Assembly: GCA_963771595.1 (NCBI GenBank)
Contig: CAVYUC010000017.1
Coordinates: 43,445 to 107,444, forward strand
Direction of reading: 5' to 3'
DNA: 64,000 nucleotides
DNA from: an uncultured Prolixibacteraceae bacterium
Lineage (GTDB): Bacteria; Bacteroidota; Bacteroidia; Bacteroidales; Prolixibacteraceae
In this document: in pieces, positions 9,541-19,543 of the stretch
How positions within the stretch are numbered: the stretch's first letter is position 1
How the letters are laid out: the number at the start of each line of letters is the position of its first letter
Position numbers and translations under genes: made by a program
Notes under the pieces: model-generated
What the model was told of the DNA's origin: nothing
Seen by the model: only the letters and a program-made list of their open reading frames with translations
Database searches by the model: none

Positions 9541-10762
9541 TTAATTCATCAAGTTCTTCATCTGCAAAACGGGTAGATTCAATTATCAGTGAAGTTTGAG
9601 TTACAATTCCAAGAAGCTTTCCTTCTTCTTCGCTGATTACCGCCAGCGGATAATGATGACCGGTAATTAAGGGAAGCATTTCTTCAACTGTGTAATATTT
9701 GTACACACTCGGCACATCAGTATGCAAAACTTTATGAACAGATTTTACGTGCTGTTTTTCAAGTTTCAGCAAATCGTCGAGCCAAACATATCCAAGGAAT
9801 TTCATCTCTTCATCTTCAACCGGTAGTACATCAACGCCTGTTGTGCGCATTTTACGCAATGCTCCTTTGGGGCCGTCTTTATCAATCTGCACCAGTGTTG
9901 GTTTTTTGAACATCAGTGTTTCAGCGGTAATAATTGTTTTGCGGTCTACTTTTTCCACAAAAGCTTTCACATAATCGCTGGCAGGATTGGTAAGAATTTC
10001 TTCTGCGGTTCCAATTTGTTCAATCACGCCGTCTTTCATAATGGCTATGCGGTCGCCCACTTTCATGGCTTCATCCAAATCGTGTGTAATGAACACTATG
10101 GTTTTGTGTAGTTTATTCTGAATTTGAAGCAACTCATCCTGCATATCTGATTTTATCAAAGGATCGAGTGCAGAAAATGCTTCATCCATTAGCAATACGT
10201 CACTATCGTTTGCCAATGCCCGTGCTAATCCTACCCGTTGTTGCATTCCCCCCGACATTTCAGAAGGATATTGATTTTCGTATCCTTCGAGTCCTACGGT
10301 TTTTAGTGCCTGTTTTGCACGTTCTTCCCGTTCTGCTTTGGGTTCGCCTCTAATTTCGAGGCCAAAGGCAGCATTCTCAACAATGGTGCGATGAGGAAGT
10401 AATCCAAACTTTTGGAAAACCATGCTCATTTCAGTTCGCCGGGTCTGCAGTAATTGCTTGTTTGTGTCGCGCGTGATATTATGATCTTTAAAAAACACTT
10501 TACCTGCTGTAGGTTCATTCAGGCGGTTTAAACACCGGATTAGCGTTGATTTTCCACTTCCCGACAAGCCCATTATAACGAAAATTTCGCCTTCTTTAAT
10601 TTCGAAATTTGCTTTTTTAACCCCAACAGTACATTTTGTTTTTTTCAGAATTTCACTTTTAGATGCTCCTTTCTCGAGCATGGCAAGTGCCTCTTTCTTT
10701 CTTTTTCCAAAGATGAGGGTTAGGTTTTCAACTTTGAGTCTGATGTTTTTAACATTGCTCAT
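9518..10762 (-). CDS. opuAA: Glycine betaine/proline ABC transporter ATPase with C-terminal tandem CBS domains
   Basis: It has Walker A GLSGSGKST, the signature SGGMQQRVGLARAL, Walker B LLMDEAFSALD, and a long CBS-like C-terminus. Confidence 0.9.
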   Translation of the reverse strand: MSNVKNIRLKVENLTLIFGKRKKEALAMLEKGASKSEILKKTKCTVGVKKANFEIKEGEIFVIMGLSGSGKSTLIRCLNRLNEPTAGKVFFKDHNITRDTNKQLLQTRRTEMSMVFQKFGLLPHRTIVENAAFGLEIRGEPKAEREERAKQALKTVGLEGYENQYPSEMSGGMQQRVGLARALANDSDVLLMDEAFSALDPLIKSDMQDELLQIQNKLHKTIVFITHDLDEAMKVGDRIAIMKDGVIEQIGTAEEILTNPASDYVKAFVEKVDRKTIITAETLMFKKPTLVQIDKDGPKGALRKMRTTGVDVLPVEDEEMKFLGYVWLDDLLKLEKQHVKSVHKVLHTDVPSVYKYYTVEEMLPLITGHHYPLAVISEEEGKLLGIVTQTSLIIESTRFADEELDELIEKANEL

Positions 10763-10781
10763 TCTGTATTCTCCTTTTAAA

Positions 10782-12002
10782 TTAAAAGTAGTAACCGATA
10801 TTTATATTAAACCGCCTGTTCCAATCCGGGTCTTCAACTCCTGATCCCAAACCTTTTCCAAAAGAGCTTGTCAACCAGGGCTGATTTTTTCCCATTGCAT
10901 AATCAACGTACGTGTAAACTGCTCCCGCACTAATTAAAAATCCGGGAATAAGATGCTGGGTATCGTAAAATTCTTTGTTTACTTTGTCAATCATCGTGTA
11001 GTCAACGTAGGTTTGCACACTTGTTACCGGCCCAAAATCAACCGGAATGGTGTATGCCAGCCCCACAACGTACATATTTGCCTGGGTTGCAACACCGCCG
11101 GTATATCCGTCGCCACCAAAATATTCATAACCGTATGCTCCCATTTGCAGCACATCCAGTTCCTGTCCGTCATCTGATTTTGCCTTGTAATTATAATTAA
11201 TGTATTCAGCTTTCAGATTAAATTTACCAAAAGTACCCACTACATGTCCGGCAAAGGCAGTTCCAATCTCACTCTCCTCCAGTACTGAATTGTAAATACC
11301 ACCAATCTGAGCAGAAGCTCCAACTTCCCATCCTTCAACAATATCATACGCTACACGTGCATTAAACTGATCAAGTTCACGTAAACTTGCCGAGGCAGAA
11401 ATAATTTCACCGTTATCTGCCACATAAGCTCCGGTTCCGGGTAAAATATCATACGAATACCGGCCAGAACCGGCATTTCCAAATGTTACATCCCCGCCGA
11501 ATTTTGGTCCCTCGGGTTCTGCCTGCCGGAAATAGGAAAGATTTATTTCGAGTTGATCAGTTGGAGTGATATCAAAATTGATTCCCATGTCATAGTCATC
11601 TTCCAGCCCAACATAATAAGGTCCCTGAAACCACCAGGAATGGGAAGCATAGGGTGTAATACCGAAAGGCACCTGTGTTACGCCCAATTCCATGTAAACA
11701 TTATCTGAAAAAGCATACCCCAAAAAACCGTGGTGAATAAAATGGCTACCGAATGTGGGATAGAAACGATATTCGAAACTTAAATCGATACCAGAAACAG
11801 AGCCATCTACATTTAACCGCCAGGTATCCCAAGTAAATTGAGTATTCAGCTTGTTAGCCGGATTTTCGTAGTTGGTTGAAAGCAGATTAAAGCGCATGGC
11901 TCCCCCAAATTCGAAGCCATCTTCTTTTTCTTCTTCCTGGCCAAAAACCACGCAACTTGAAAATAAAAGTGTAATGAATAGTAATTTCTGTTTTAAAAAC
12001 AT
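10782..12002 (-). CDS. Putative outer-membrane porin (beta-barrel), first gene of the opuA operon
   Basis: It has a signal peptide and alternating amphipathic beta-strand pattern, with aromatic girdles and a C-terminal INIGYYF. The gap to opuAA is only 19 nt. Confidence 0.6.
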   Translation of the reverse strand: MFLKQKLLFITLLFSSCVVFGQEEEKEDGFEFGGAMRFNLLSTNYENPANKLNTQFTWDTWRLNVDGSVSGIDLSFEYRFYPTFGSHFIHHGFLGYAFSDNVYMELGVTQVPFGITPYASHSWWFQGPYYVGLEDDYDMGINFDITPTDQLEINLSYFRQAEPEGPKFGGDVTFGNAGSGRYSYDILPGTGAYVADNGEIISASASLRELDQFNARVAYDIVEGWEVGASAQIGGIYNSVLEESEIGTAFAGHVVGTFGKFNLKAEYINYNYKAKSDDGQELDVLQMGAYGYEYFGGDGYTGGVATQANMYVVGLAYTIPVDFGPVTSVQTYVDYTMIDKVNKEFYDTQHLIPGFLISAGAVYTYVDYAMGKNQPWLTSSFGKGLGSGVEDPDWNRRFNINIGYYF

Positions 12003-12823
12003 AAAAAGTTAGATTTAAAAAATTACTTAAATAGTTGTAATGTTGCCATTTTAAATAGCAACACCTTCTGTTTTTAAATAGTTTGTATTAATTAACAACG
12101 AACAAACACGCTAAATATCAAAGCGAAACACAACCAGTGAATTTCCGGTTGATAAAAACTCAGATTCGAATTTGTCGGTATTTACTGACTCTTTCGTACT
12201 ACAAAAAATCATAATTTGCTGCGAATAAACCGAAAACAATATGGACAACAAAATTTACCGGCATCTTTTTGTGAATATCCGAATATCGTAACCATCAAAT
12301 AACATTAACAACTTTTTTAAAACAAAAAGTAAGTTGCAGTCCTTATTAATAAGGAGACTATGTTATTGATTTTGAGATGTAAAAAAAAATAAATCCTTTT
12401 TCAAACCAACGAAAAAGCTCGAAAATTCATTTTGAAAATTCTTTTTTTTGCATTGGATTGCACTTCTTTTAATAATTTTCCATCGTGCCCGGCGATTGTT
12501 TGGGAAATATTTTAATGGAAGCTTATATGCGTGATGGCATATTATTTCAGCGTCAGTATGTTATTTCATATATTGTGCTGTTTTACTGCGATGCTGCTTA
12601 ATATGGACGTGATATCAGCCTTTAAAATTTATCGAAAAGGAAATGCTGGAAAATAAACGCAACTCATCCAGCTCATTAATCAGGTCCGGTTAAATGAAGC
12701 CCCTCGAGTTGGAGTTAAGGAATGGATCGATCTAAATGAATATATCATCAGCCTTTGGGTAAAAAACTTAAAACCCAAAAGAAAAAAGATAATGTTGAAG
12801 TTAATCCGCAATAAATTATCCCA

Positions 12824-14596
12824 TTAGTTCACAAAAATATCGTAAGGCAATCTAGCATATACCCCCTTCATTTGCGTTGCTTTTTTGAAGAATTCATAGA
12901 ACCTGTATTTGTCACCCAATTCGTTTTGCAGAATTTTAGCTTTAATTTTATTGGGCCCGCTTTTAAACAATTCTTCAAATGGATCGGGTAAATCCGGCAA
13001 CGAAACGGTGCGATATCCTTCCAGACCTTCGATTTCGGCTGCCAGATTTATTGCATCCTGAATGCCGCCAAATTCATCAATTAAACCATTTTCGATAGCA
13101 TTTTCGCCGCTCCAAACCCGGCCCTGGCCAATTTCATCCACCTGCTCCTTTGTCATTCCCCGGCCTTCGGCAACATGTGAAATAAAAATATCATAACCTT
13201 CTTCAATATTTTGCTGCATCAGTTCCCGCTCGTATTCTGTCATTGGGCGGGTTAACGAAAGCAGGTCGGAGTTTTTATTTGTTTTTACCACATCGGTAGT
13301 AATACCGATTTTATCTTTCATTAATTCACCAAAATTCGGGATAATGCCAAAAATTCCGATAGACCCTGTAATGGTATTGGGTTGTGCCACAATTTTATCT
13401 GCCGGGCACGAAATGTAATAACCGCCGGAAGCGGCCACATCGCCAAAGGAAACCACCAGCGTTTTTTCTTCGGCAGCCAGTTTTACTTCGCGCCAGATAA
13501 CTTCGGAGTCGAAAACACTTCCACCGGGAGAATTTACCCGCAAGACAATAGCTTTATAGCTGCTGTCGAGCCGTACCTTGCGGATTTCGCGTCCCAGTTC
13601 TTCACCGATAATTCCTGAACCGCCCATGGGCATACCAATATCGCCGCTGGCATAGATTACTGCAATTTTATTTCGGCTGAATTTCTTATTGTATCCTTTT
13701 ACCTCGGCATTTGCATAATCCGAAACTTCCACCACAGGTATACCTTCCTTTTCACTTGTTCCTGTAATCTCACGCAGATCGGCTAAAACTTCATCTTTGT
13801 ATAATGAAGCATCCACCAAACCTGCATTTACCAGTTCATCTCCTTTTTTGAAAGTTTGAACATGATCGGCCATTTCGTTTAATTCTTCAACAGGAATATT
13901 ACGGGTTGCTGAAACTCCATCCAGCATGTGATTCCACAAACTGTTCATATAAACCAACTGTTGCTGGCGGTTTTCTTCGCTCATGTGGTCAAGCATAAAA
14001 GGCTCCACTGCTGCCTTGAATTTTCCATGCCGGATAATCTGGGCTTCAACACCTATTTTATCGAGCATATTTTTATAGAACATCATTTCGCCTCCCAGTC
14101 CCCGAAAATCAACCGAACCCATTGGATGAACCACAATTTTGTCGGCTACGGTTGCGAGGTAATAGGATTTCTGATCGTACATATTACCGTATGCATACAC
14201 TGGTTTATCGCTGTTCTCCTTAAATTGAATCAGCATGTTGCGGATTTCTTCCACCGATGCCATGCCGCCGTTTGTCAGCGATAATTTCAGGTAAACACAT
14301 TTAATACGATCGTCGTAAACTGCTTTCTCAAGTGACTCCTGAATTTCGTCCAGCCCAATGGTTTTTACCCGGCTAAGTCCCGGCAAATCCAAATCTTCGA
14401 ATGGATCATTAGGCGACCGGTCAACAATCATGTGTTCGAGATTAATAACCAGCATAGAATTATTTTTAACCGAAACCTGTTTTTCCGCCGAAGATATTAT
14501 GGCCCCAATAACCATAAAAAACAGAATAAAGCCAATAATGGAGATGACTATAATTCCGGTAACAGTAGCTAAAACATACTTGAAAAATTGTTTCAT
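12824..14596 (-). CDS. sppA: Signal peptide peptidase SppA, 67K type
   Basis: It has an N-terminal TM helix and duplicated ClpP/crotonase-like domains. The C-terminal half contains the catalytic context GDVAASGGYYIS. Confidence 0.85.
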   Translation of the reverse strand: MKQFFKYVLATVTGIIVISIIGFILFFMVIGAIISSAEKQVSVKNNSMLVINLEHMIVDRSPNDPFEDLDLPGLSRVKTIGLDEIQESLEKAVYDDRIKCVYLKLSLTNGGMASVEEIRNMLIQFKENSDKPVYAYGNMYDQKSYYLATVADKIVVHPMGSVDFRGLGGEMMFYKNMLDKIGVEAQIIRHGKFKAAVEPFMLDHMSEENRQQQLVYMNSLWNHMLDGVSATRNIPVEELNEMADHVQTFKKGDELVNAGLVDASLYKDEVLADLREITGTSEKEGIPVVEVSDYANAEVKGYNKKFSRNKIAVIYASGDIGMPMGGSGIIGEELGREIRKVRLDSSYKAIVLRVNSPGGSVFDSEVIWREVKLAAEEKTLVVSFGDVAASGGYYISCPADKIVAQPNTITGSIGIFGIIPNFGELMKDKIGITTDVVKTNKNSDLLSLTRPMTEYERELMQQNIEEGYDIFISHVAEGRGMTKEQVDEIGQGRVWSGENAIENGLIDEFGGIQDAINLAAEIEGLEGYRTVSLPDLPDPFEELFKSGPNKIKAKILQNELGDKYRFYEFFKKATQMKGVYARLPYDIFVN

Positions 14597-14679
14597 ATCA
14601 GCAATATTTTTGTTTTTGTTAACTTTAATCCCTAATGAATTGGTAAACGGTTATAAAAAGAATTACAAATATACATTCA

Positions 14680-15165
14680 ATGCACAAGGTTTTTTTAGGA
14701 ATAGGGGGAAATATCGGGAATAAAAATGAAAACTTCAGGAAAGTTTATGAATTAATAGATGCAGAGATAGGAAAAATAGTATGTTCTTCCTCCATTTATG
14801 AATCACCCCCATGGGGATTTCATGCCGAAGAATATTTCTGGAACCAGGTGCTTCAAACCGAAACTAAATTGAGTGCCCCGGAAGTTTTGGATAAAATCAG
14901 GAACATCGAAAATTCTTTTGGCCGCGAAAGAAAGAGCAACACCTACACTTCGAGGGAAATGGACATTGACATTTTGTATTATGACGATATTTTTCTGGAA
15001 ACCGATGAGCTGATAATTCCGCATCCACGCATTCACCAGCGTATGTTTGTGCTGGTTCCGCTGGCAGAAATTGCCCCTGATTTTAAACATCCGCTGCTGC
15101 GGTTAACCAGTCTGCAAATGCTCGAAAACTGCAAAGACGAATCGGTTTTGAAAAAAATAAACTAG
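14680..15165 (+). CDS. folK: 2-amino-4-hydroxy-6-hydroxymethyldihydropteridine diphosphokinase (HPPK)
   Basis: Motifs are LGIGGNIGN, YESPPWG, REMDIDIL and IPHPRIHQRMFVLVPL. Confidence 0.9.
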   Translation: MHKVFLGIGGNIGNKNENFRKVYELIDAEIGKIVCSSSIYESPPWGFHAEEYFWNQVLQTETKLSAPEVLDKIRNIENSFGRERKSNTYTSREMDIDILYYDDIFLETDELIIPHPRIHQRMFVLVPLAEIAPDFKHPLLRLTSLQMLENCKDESVLKKIN

Positions 15166-15302
15166 TTAATTTTTTAATAAATCAAAGAATAAACTAGTTA
15201 GTGCGGTTTTTAAGGAATAAAAAAAAGAATCTTAGCCGTTCAACTATTTCAAATACCGCTTCACTTTTATACCTTTCGGATAAATTTTTACAAATAATTC
15301 GA

Positions 15303-16700
15303 ATGATATACATCGACAATAACCTCAACCCTGAAAACCTGGAAAAGAAACTACAGTTATTTTGGGAACTATCAGGAGAAAAAATAAAATCCATCGATAA
15401 AAGTTATAATGCATCAAAAGGTTCGCCTGTATTCACGGTTGACGGCAGATATACCACCCGCGGCTGGACGGAATGGACACAGGGGTTCCGGTTTGGTTCA
15501 TCAGTTTTGCAGTATGATGCTACCGGCGAAAGTTATTTTTTGGAATCGGGGCGCAAAAATATAGTGGATAAAATGGCTCCGCACATCAGCCATTCCGGTG
15601 TACACGACCACGGATTTAACAATTTAAGTACCTACGGCAACCTGCTACGCTTGATGAACGAAGGCAAAATTCCGTTCAACGAGTGGGAACAGCATTTTTA
15701 CGAATTGGCGGTAAAAATATCGGGTGCGGTGCAGGCCAGCCGCTGGACACCAATTAAAGACGGGGGTTTTATCTATTCCTTCAACGGACCGCATTCATTA
15801 TTTGTAGATACTATCCGATCGGTGCGGATTTTAATGGTCAGCCATTTACTCGGCCATGAATTGCAGGGCGAAGGCGATGTAAAATTTTCTCTCCTGAAAA
15901 GAGCCATTCAACACATATCGGCTACAGCAAAGTATTCGGTTTTTTATGGCGAAGGCCGCGATAGTTACGATGTTTGGGGACGTACAGCACACGAAAGTAT
16001 TTTTAATGTGAATGACGGGAATTTCCGCTGCCCGAATTCCCAGCAGGGCTATACCGGATTTTCAACCTGGACCCGCGGACTGGCCTGGGCAATGCTTGGA
16101 TTTGCCGAAGAACTTGAACTGCTGCAAATGCTCCCTGAAGAAGAATTAAATACTATGGGTGGAAAGGCTGAAATTGAAAAATTGATGCAAAAAGCAGCAC
16201 TGGCGACCTGCGATTTTTATATTGAAAACACACCAACCGATGGAATTCCGTACTGGGATACCGGCGCTCCAAACCTGCACCGGCTAGGCGACTACCTTAA
16301 AAAACCTGCCGATCCGTTCAATAACTTTGAACCGGTGGACAGCTCGGCGGCAACAATTGGTGCACAGGGATTGCTTCGCCTTGGAAATTATTTAACAGAA
16401 AACGGAAAGAATGAGGTCGGTAACAAATACCGGCAGGCCGGATTAACGATCATGAATTCGCTGCTGGATTACCCGTATCTGAGTACCAATCCGCAACATC
16501 AGGGATTGATTTTACACAGCATTTACCATCAACCCAATGGTTGGGACAATGTACCCGTGGGGCAAAAAATTGCCTGCGGCGAATCATCCATGTGGGGCGA
16601 TTACCACGCCCGTGAAGCTGCGCTCTGGTTGCAGCGTATTATAAATAATGAAAAGTATTACACTTTTTTTGGAAGCCTCACCCCGGCACTCTTCAATTAA
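15303..16700 (+). CDS. Cytoplasmic GH88-like six-hairpin glycosidase (unsaturated glucuronyl hydrolase family)
   Basis: STWTRGLAWAMLGFAE, IPYWDTGAP, DSSAATIGAQGLLRL and SMWGDYHAREAALWL match conserved GH88 (UGL) blocks. There is no signal peptide. The ATG at 15303 is preferred over the GTG at 15201. Confidence 0.7.
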   Translation: MIYIDNNLNPENLEKKLQLFWELSGEKIKSIDKSYNASKGSPVFTVDGRYTTRGWTEWTQGFRFGSSVLQYDATGESYFLESGRKNIVDKMAPHISHSGVHDHGFNNLSTYGNLLRLMNEGKIPFNEWEQHFYELAVKISGAVQASRWTPIKDGGFIYSFNGPHSLFVDTIRSVRILMVSHLLGHELQGEGDVKFSLLKRAIQHISATAKYSVFYGEGRDSYDVWGRTAHESIFNVNDGNFRCPNSQQGYTGFSTWTRGLAWAMLGFAEELELLQMLPEEELNTMGGKAEIEKLMQKAALATCDFYIENTPTDGIPYWDTGAPNLHRLGDYLKKPADPFNNFEPVDSSAATIGAQGLLRLGNYLTENGKNEVGNKYRQAGLTIMNSLLDYPYLSTNPQHQGLILHSIYHQPNGWDNVPVGQKIACGESSMWGDYHAREAALWLQRIINNEKYYTFFGSLTPALFN

Positions 16701-16768
16701 AAAGGTTCTGGAAATGAGTGAATTTCAAATAAAAGAAGTTTGATTAAATTTGCTAAAAAAGAAATGCT

Positions 16769-17002
16769 ATGAATATTCAGACAGAGAAATTGGACTTGAT
16801 TCAATGGATCTCAAACCTTAATGATAAATCGATAATAGAAAAACTTCGTGACATCAAAAACAGTTATACCCATTCAAAAGATTGGTGGGCAGAATTAAAA
16901 GAGGAAGAACTTGAATCCATTAAACGAGGTTTAAAAGATATGGATGAAGGAAAAGTTCATTCTCACGATACCGCGCGAAAACTCTATGGAAAGTACTTAT
17001 AA
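16769..17002 (+). CDS. Putative antitoxin (small acidic helical protein) of a type II TA pair
   Basis: It is 77 aa and sits immediately upstream of the ParE/RelE-like ORF, overlapping it by 17 nt. It has a charged C-terminal half. Confidence 0.6.
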   Translation: MNIQTEKLDLIQWISNLNDKSIIEKLRDIKNSYTHSKDWWAELKEEELESIKRGLKDMDEGKVHSHDTARKLYGKYL

Positions 17003-17294
17003 GCTTATTTGGTCGGATGAGGCATTGTCCAACCTGAAAAATATTTTGGTATATCTGGAGGAGAATTGGACACAAAAGGAGATTAAGAAATTTGCCGTTT
17101 TGCTCGACCGTCAATTAATTAGAATCCAGAATAATCCATTTCTGTTTGCCGAAAGCTCAAATCATTCACAAATAAGGAAGTCTGTTCTTACCAAACAGGT
17201 TTCAATCTATTATCGCATATCAGAAAATGAAATTCATTTAATTAGTTTATTTGATAATCGACAAAATCCTGAAAAATTAAACCGATTGAAATGA
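16986..17294 (+). CDS. ParE/RelE-family type II toxin
   Basis: It is ~102 aa starting at MESTYKLIWSDEALSNLKNILVYLEENW. The SIYYRISENEIHLISLFDNRQNP tail is typical of plasmid-stabilisation/ParE toxins. The stop overlaps the next gene's ATG (ATGA). Confidence 0.7.
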   Translation: MESTYKLIWSDEALSNLKNILVYLEENWTQKEIKKFAVLLDRQLIRIQNNPFLFAESSNHSQIRKSVLTKQVSIYYRISENEIHLISLFDNRQNPEKLNRLK

Positions 17295-18121
17295 CAACGA
17301 AACTAACCGACTTTTCCAAACTCTGTATTCACACACTTACCACCAAACCCTGGAACTTAAAGCAATGCGTTGAAAATTACAGCGCTGCCGGTATTCACGG
17401 AATCACCATTTGGCGAAACGTGCTGGAAGGACAGAATCTGAAAGAAGCGAAAACCCTTCTTGATGATTTCGGGATGAAGGTAGTTTCCATTTGCCGTGGC
17501 GGTTTTTTTCCTTCCACAGAAAAAAAATTACGTGACCTGGCTATCGATGATAATTTATTGGCCATTGAACAGGCTGCCGGAGTGGGCGCTCCAATGATTG
17601 TCCTGGTTTGTGGTGCAGACGGAAGACAATCACTGGAGAAATCGAGAGAACAGATTAAAGAAGGGATTGAAAAAATATTGCCTGCAGCTAAAGCGGCCGA
17701 CGTTAAACTTGCCATCGAACCACTGCACCCGATGTATGCCGGCGATCGTTCTGCCATTAACACGCTGGCACAGGCCAACAAAATGGCGGAAGAAATCAAC
17801 TCTGAATTTGCTGGTGTGGCTGTTGATGTGTACCATTTGTGGTGGGATGATACCCTGCAGCACGAAATAAAACGTTGTGGGGAAAACGGGAACCTGCTGG
17901 CTTTCCATGTGTGCGACTGGAATGTACCGACGGTTGATTTTTTAAATGACCGCGGATTAATGGGTGACGGATGTATCAACGTGCCGCAAATCAGAGGCTG
18001 GGTGGAAGAAACCGGGTTCAGCGGCTGCAATGAGGTGGAAATTTTCTCTGACAAATACTGGGCAATGGATCAAAAAGAGTATCTTGGAAAAATTAAATAT
18101 TCATACTTAAATTTTACCTGA
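17291..18121 (+). CDS. Sugar phosphate isomerase/epimerase (xylose isomerase-like TIM barrel)
   Basis: It is ~276 aa, with LAIEPLHP and DVYHLWWD metal-site contexts typical of the AP-endonuclease-2/xylose-isomerase-like fold. Confidence 0.75.
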   Translation: MTTKLTDFSKLCIHTLTTKPWNLKQCVENYSAAGIHGITIWRNVLEGQNLKEAKTLLDDFGMKVVSICRGGFFPSTEKKLRDLAIDDNLLAIEQAAGVGAPMIVLVCGADGRQSLEKSREQIKEGIEKILPAAKAADVKLAIEPLHPMYAGDRSAINTLAQANKMAEEINSEFAGVAVDVYHLWWDDTLQHEIKRCGENGNLLAFHVCDWNVPTVDFLNDRGLMGDGCINVPQIRGWVEETGFSGCNEVEIFSDKYWAMDQKEYLGKIKYSYLNFT

Positions 18122-18142
18122 AATGAACCGAATCAACGTATT

Positions 18143-18164
18143 AGAAGCCCCTCCTGACTTTCGG
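18143..18164 (+). repeat. 22-nt post-gene motif AGAAGSCCCTCCTGACYTTCSG, copy 1
   Basis: It matches 20332-20353 at 19 of 22 positions and lies 21 nt after the isomerase stop. Confidence 0.65.
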
Positions 18165-18280
18165 TAAAATCAAAAGAATGAATAAAAAATGAAGATATTC
18201 GATATGATAAATTTACAACGTTACAGTCCTGGCTCCTTCTCCCTCGGGGAAGGTTGGGATGGGACTTTTTATATTTTATT

Positions 18281-19426
18281 ATGATACACAAAGTAGGAAT
18301 AATAATGAACGGCGTAACCGGCCGGATGGGAACGAACCAGCACCTGATGCGTTCGATAGTTGAAATTATCAAGCAGGGAGGCGTGCAGGTAAGTCCTTCT
18401 GAATTTATTATGCCCGACCCGGTTTTGGTGGGACGCAATGAAATCAAGCTAAAAAAGCTGGCCGAACTATCAGGAGTGGAAAAATGGACAACCGATTTGG
18501 AATCGGTAATGAACGATCTGGATTACCAGATTTATTTTGACGCGCAAACCACCGGCCGCCGCGCCGATGCTGTAATACAGGCCGCCAAAGCAGGCAAACA
18601 TGTATATTGCGAGAAACCGGTAGCTACCGATACGGCAACTGCTTTGGAATTATACCGTGTGTGCGAAGAGGCAGGCGTTAAACATGGCGTCGTTCAGGAT
18701 AAACTCTGGCTCCCCGGCTTGCTAAAACTCAAACGGCTGATGGAAAACGATTTCTTTGGGAAAATTCTTTCGGTGCGTGGTGAATTCGGTTACTGGGTAT
18801 TCGAAGGCCACACGGTTGCAGCGCAGCGCCCAAGCTGGAATTACCGCAAGGAAGACGACGGTGGAATTATTGTGGATATGTTGTGCCACTGGCGCTATGT
18901 TTTGGATAATCTTTTTGGCGAAGTGAAAGGCGTTTTCTGTCTTGGAGCAACGCATATTCCTGAACGAATTGATGAACAATACCAACCTTACAAATGTACC
19001 GCCGACGATGCTGCTTACGCTACATTTGAATTGGAAGGTGGCGTGATTGCCCATTTCAATTCCTCATGGGTAACACGCGTGCGCCGCGATGATTTGCTGA
19101 CATTGCATGTGGATGGAACAAAAGGCTCAGCCGTAGCCGGATTACGCGAATGCTGGACACAGCATTACGGCAACACGCCAAAACCGGTCTGGAACCCGGA
19201 TATTCCGCAGCCCATTAATTTTTATGAAGGCTGGAGCAAAGTTCCCGAGCAGGAACATTTCGATAATGCTTTTAAAGCCCAATGGGAATTGTTCCTGAAA
19301 CATGTGGTAAAAGACGAACCATTCCGGTGGAATTTGCTGGAAGGCGCCAAAGGTGTTCAACTGGCCGAAAAAGGATTGGAAAGCTGGGCGAAGAAGATGT
19401 GGGTGGAAATCTCGGAGATTCAGTAG
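18281..19426 (+). CDS. Gfo/Idh/MocA-family NAD(P)-dependent sugar oxidoreductase
   Basis: It has the N-terminal Rossmann VGIIMNGVTGRMG, VYCEKP, and a C-terminal alpha/beta dimerisation domain. The ATG at 18281 is preferred. Confidence 0.8.
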   Translation: MIHKVGIIMNGVTGRMGTNQHLMRSIVEIIKQGGVQVSPSEFIMPDPVLVGRNEIKLKKLAELSGVEKWTTDLESVMNDLDYQIYFDAQTTGRRADAVIQAAKAGKHVYCEKPVATDTATALELYRVCEEAGVKHGVVQDKLWLPGLLKLKRLMENDFFGKILSVRGEFGYWVFEGHTVAAQRPSWNYRKEDDGGIIVDMLCHWRYVLDNLFGEVKGVFCLGATHIPERIDEQYQPYKCTADDAAYATFELEGGVIAHFNSSWVTRVRRDDLLTLHVDGTKGSAVAGLRECWTQHYGNTPKPVWNPDIPQPINFYEGWSKVPEQEHFDNAFKAQWELFLKHVVKDEPFRWNLLEGAKGVQLAEKGLESWAKKMWVEISEIQ

Positions 19427-19467
19427 GCAGTGATCAGTCGCAGTTGGCAGTATAAAAACAGATTGTC

Positions 19468-19543
19468 TGTCATTTCGAATGAAGAATGAATGAGAAATCT
19501 GCAACTAAAAAAGATTTCTCCTCACTTACTCGTCGAAATGACA
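19468..19543. repeat. Imperfect 76-nt palindromic (REP-like) element between the oxidoreductase genes
   Basis: TGTCATTTCGA...GAGAAATCT-11 nt-AGATTTCTC...TCGAAATGACA has outer 11-bp and inner 9-bp arms that are perfect and a degenerate middle. It is preceded by the GCAGTGATCAGTCGCAGTTGGCAGT repeats. Confidence 0.7.

Noticed and set aside
17395-18054. Long antisense or alternative-frame ORFs inside genes. Examples are 17395-18054(-), 42010-42843(-), 41375-41935(-), 34079-34639(+), 26711-27196(+), 50896-51390(-), 21544-21957(-) and 13928-14284(+).
   Set aside because: Each lies wholly within a confidently identified gene on the other strand or in another frame. Their composition is skewed and low-complexity (Cys/Arg/Ser-rich) and shows no recognisable motifs. 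They are shadow ORFs.
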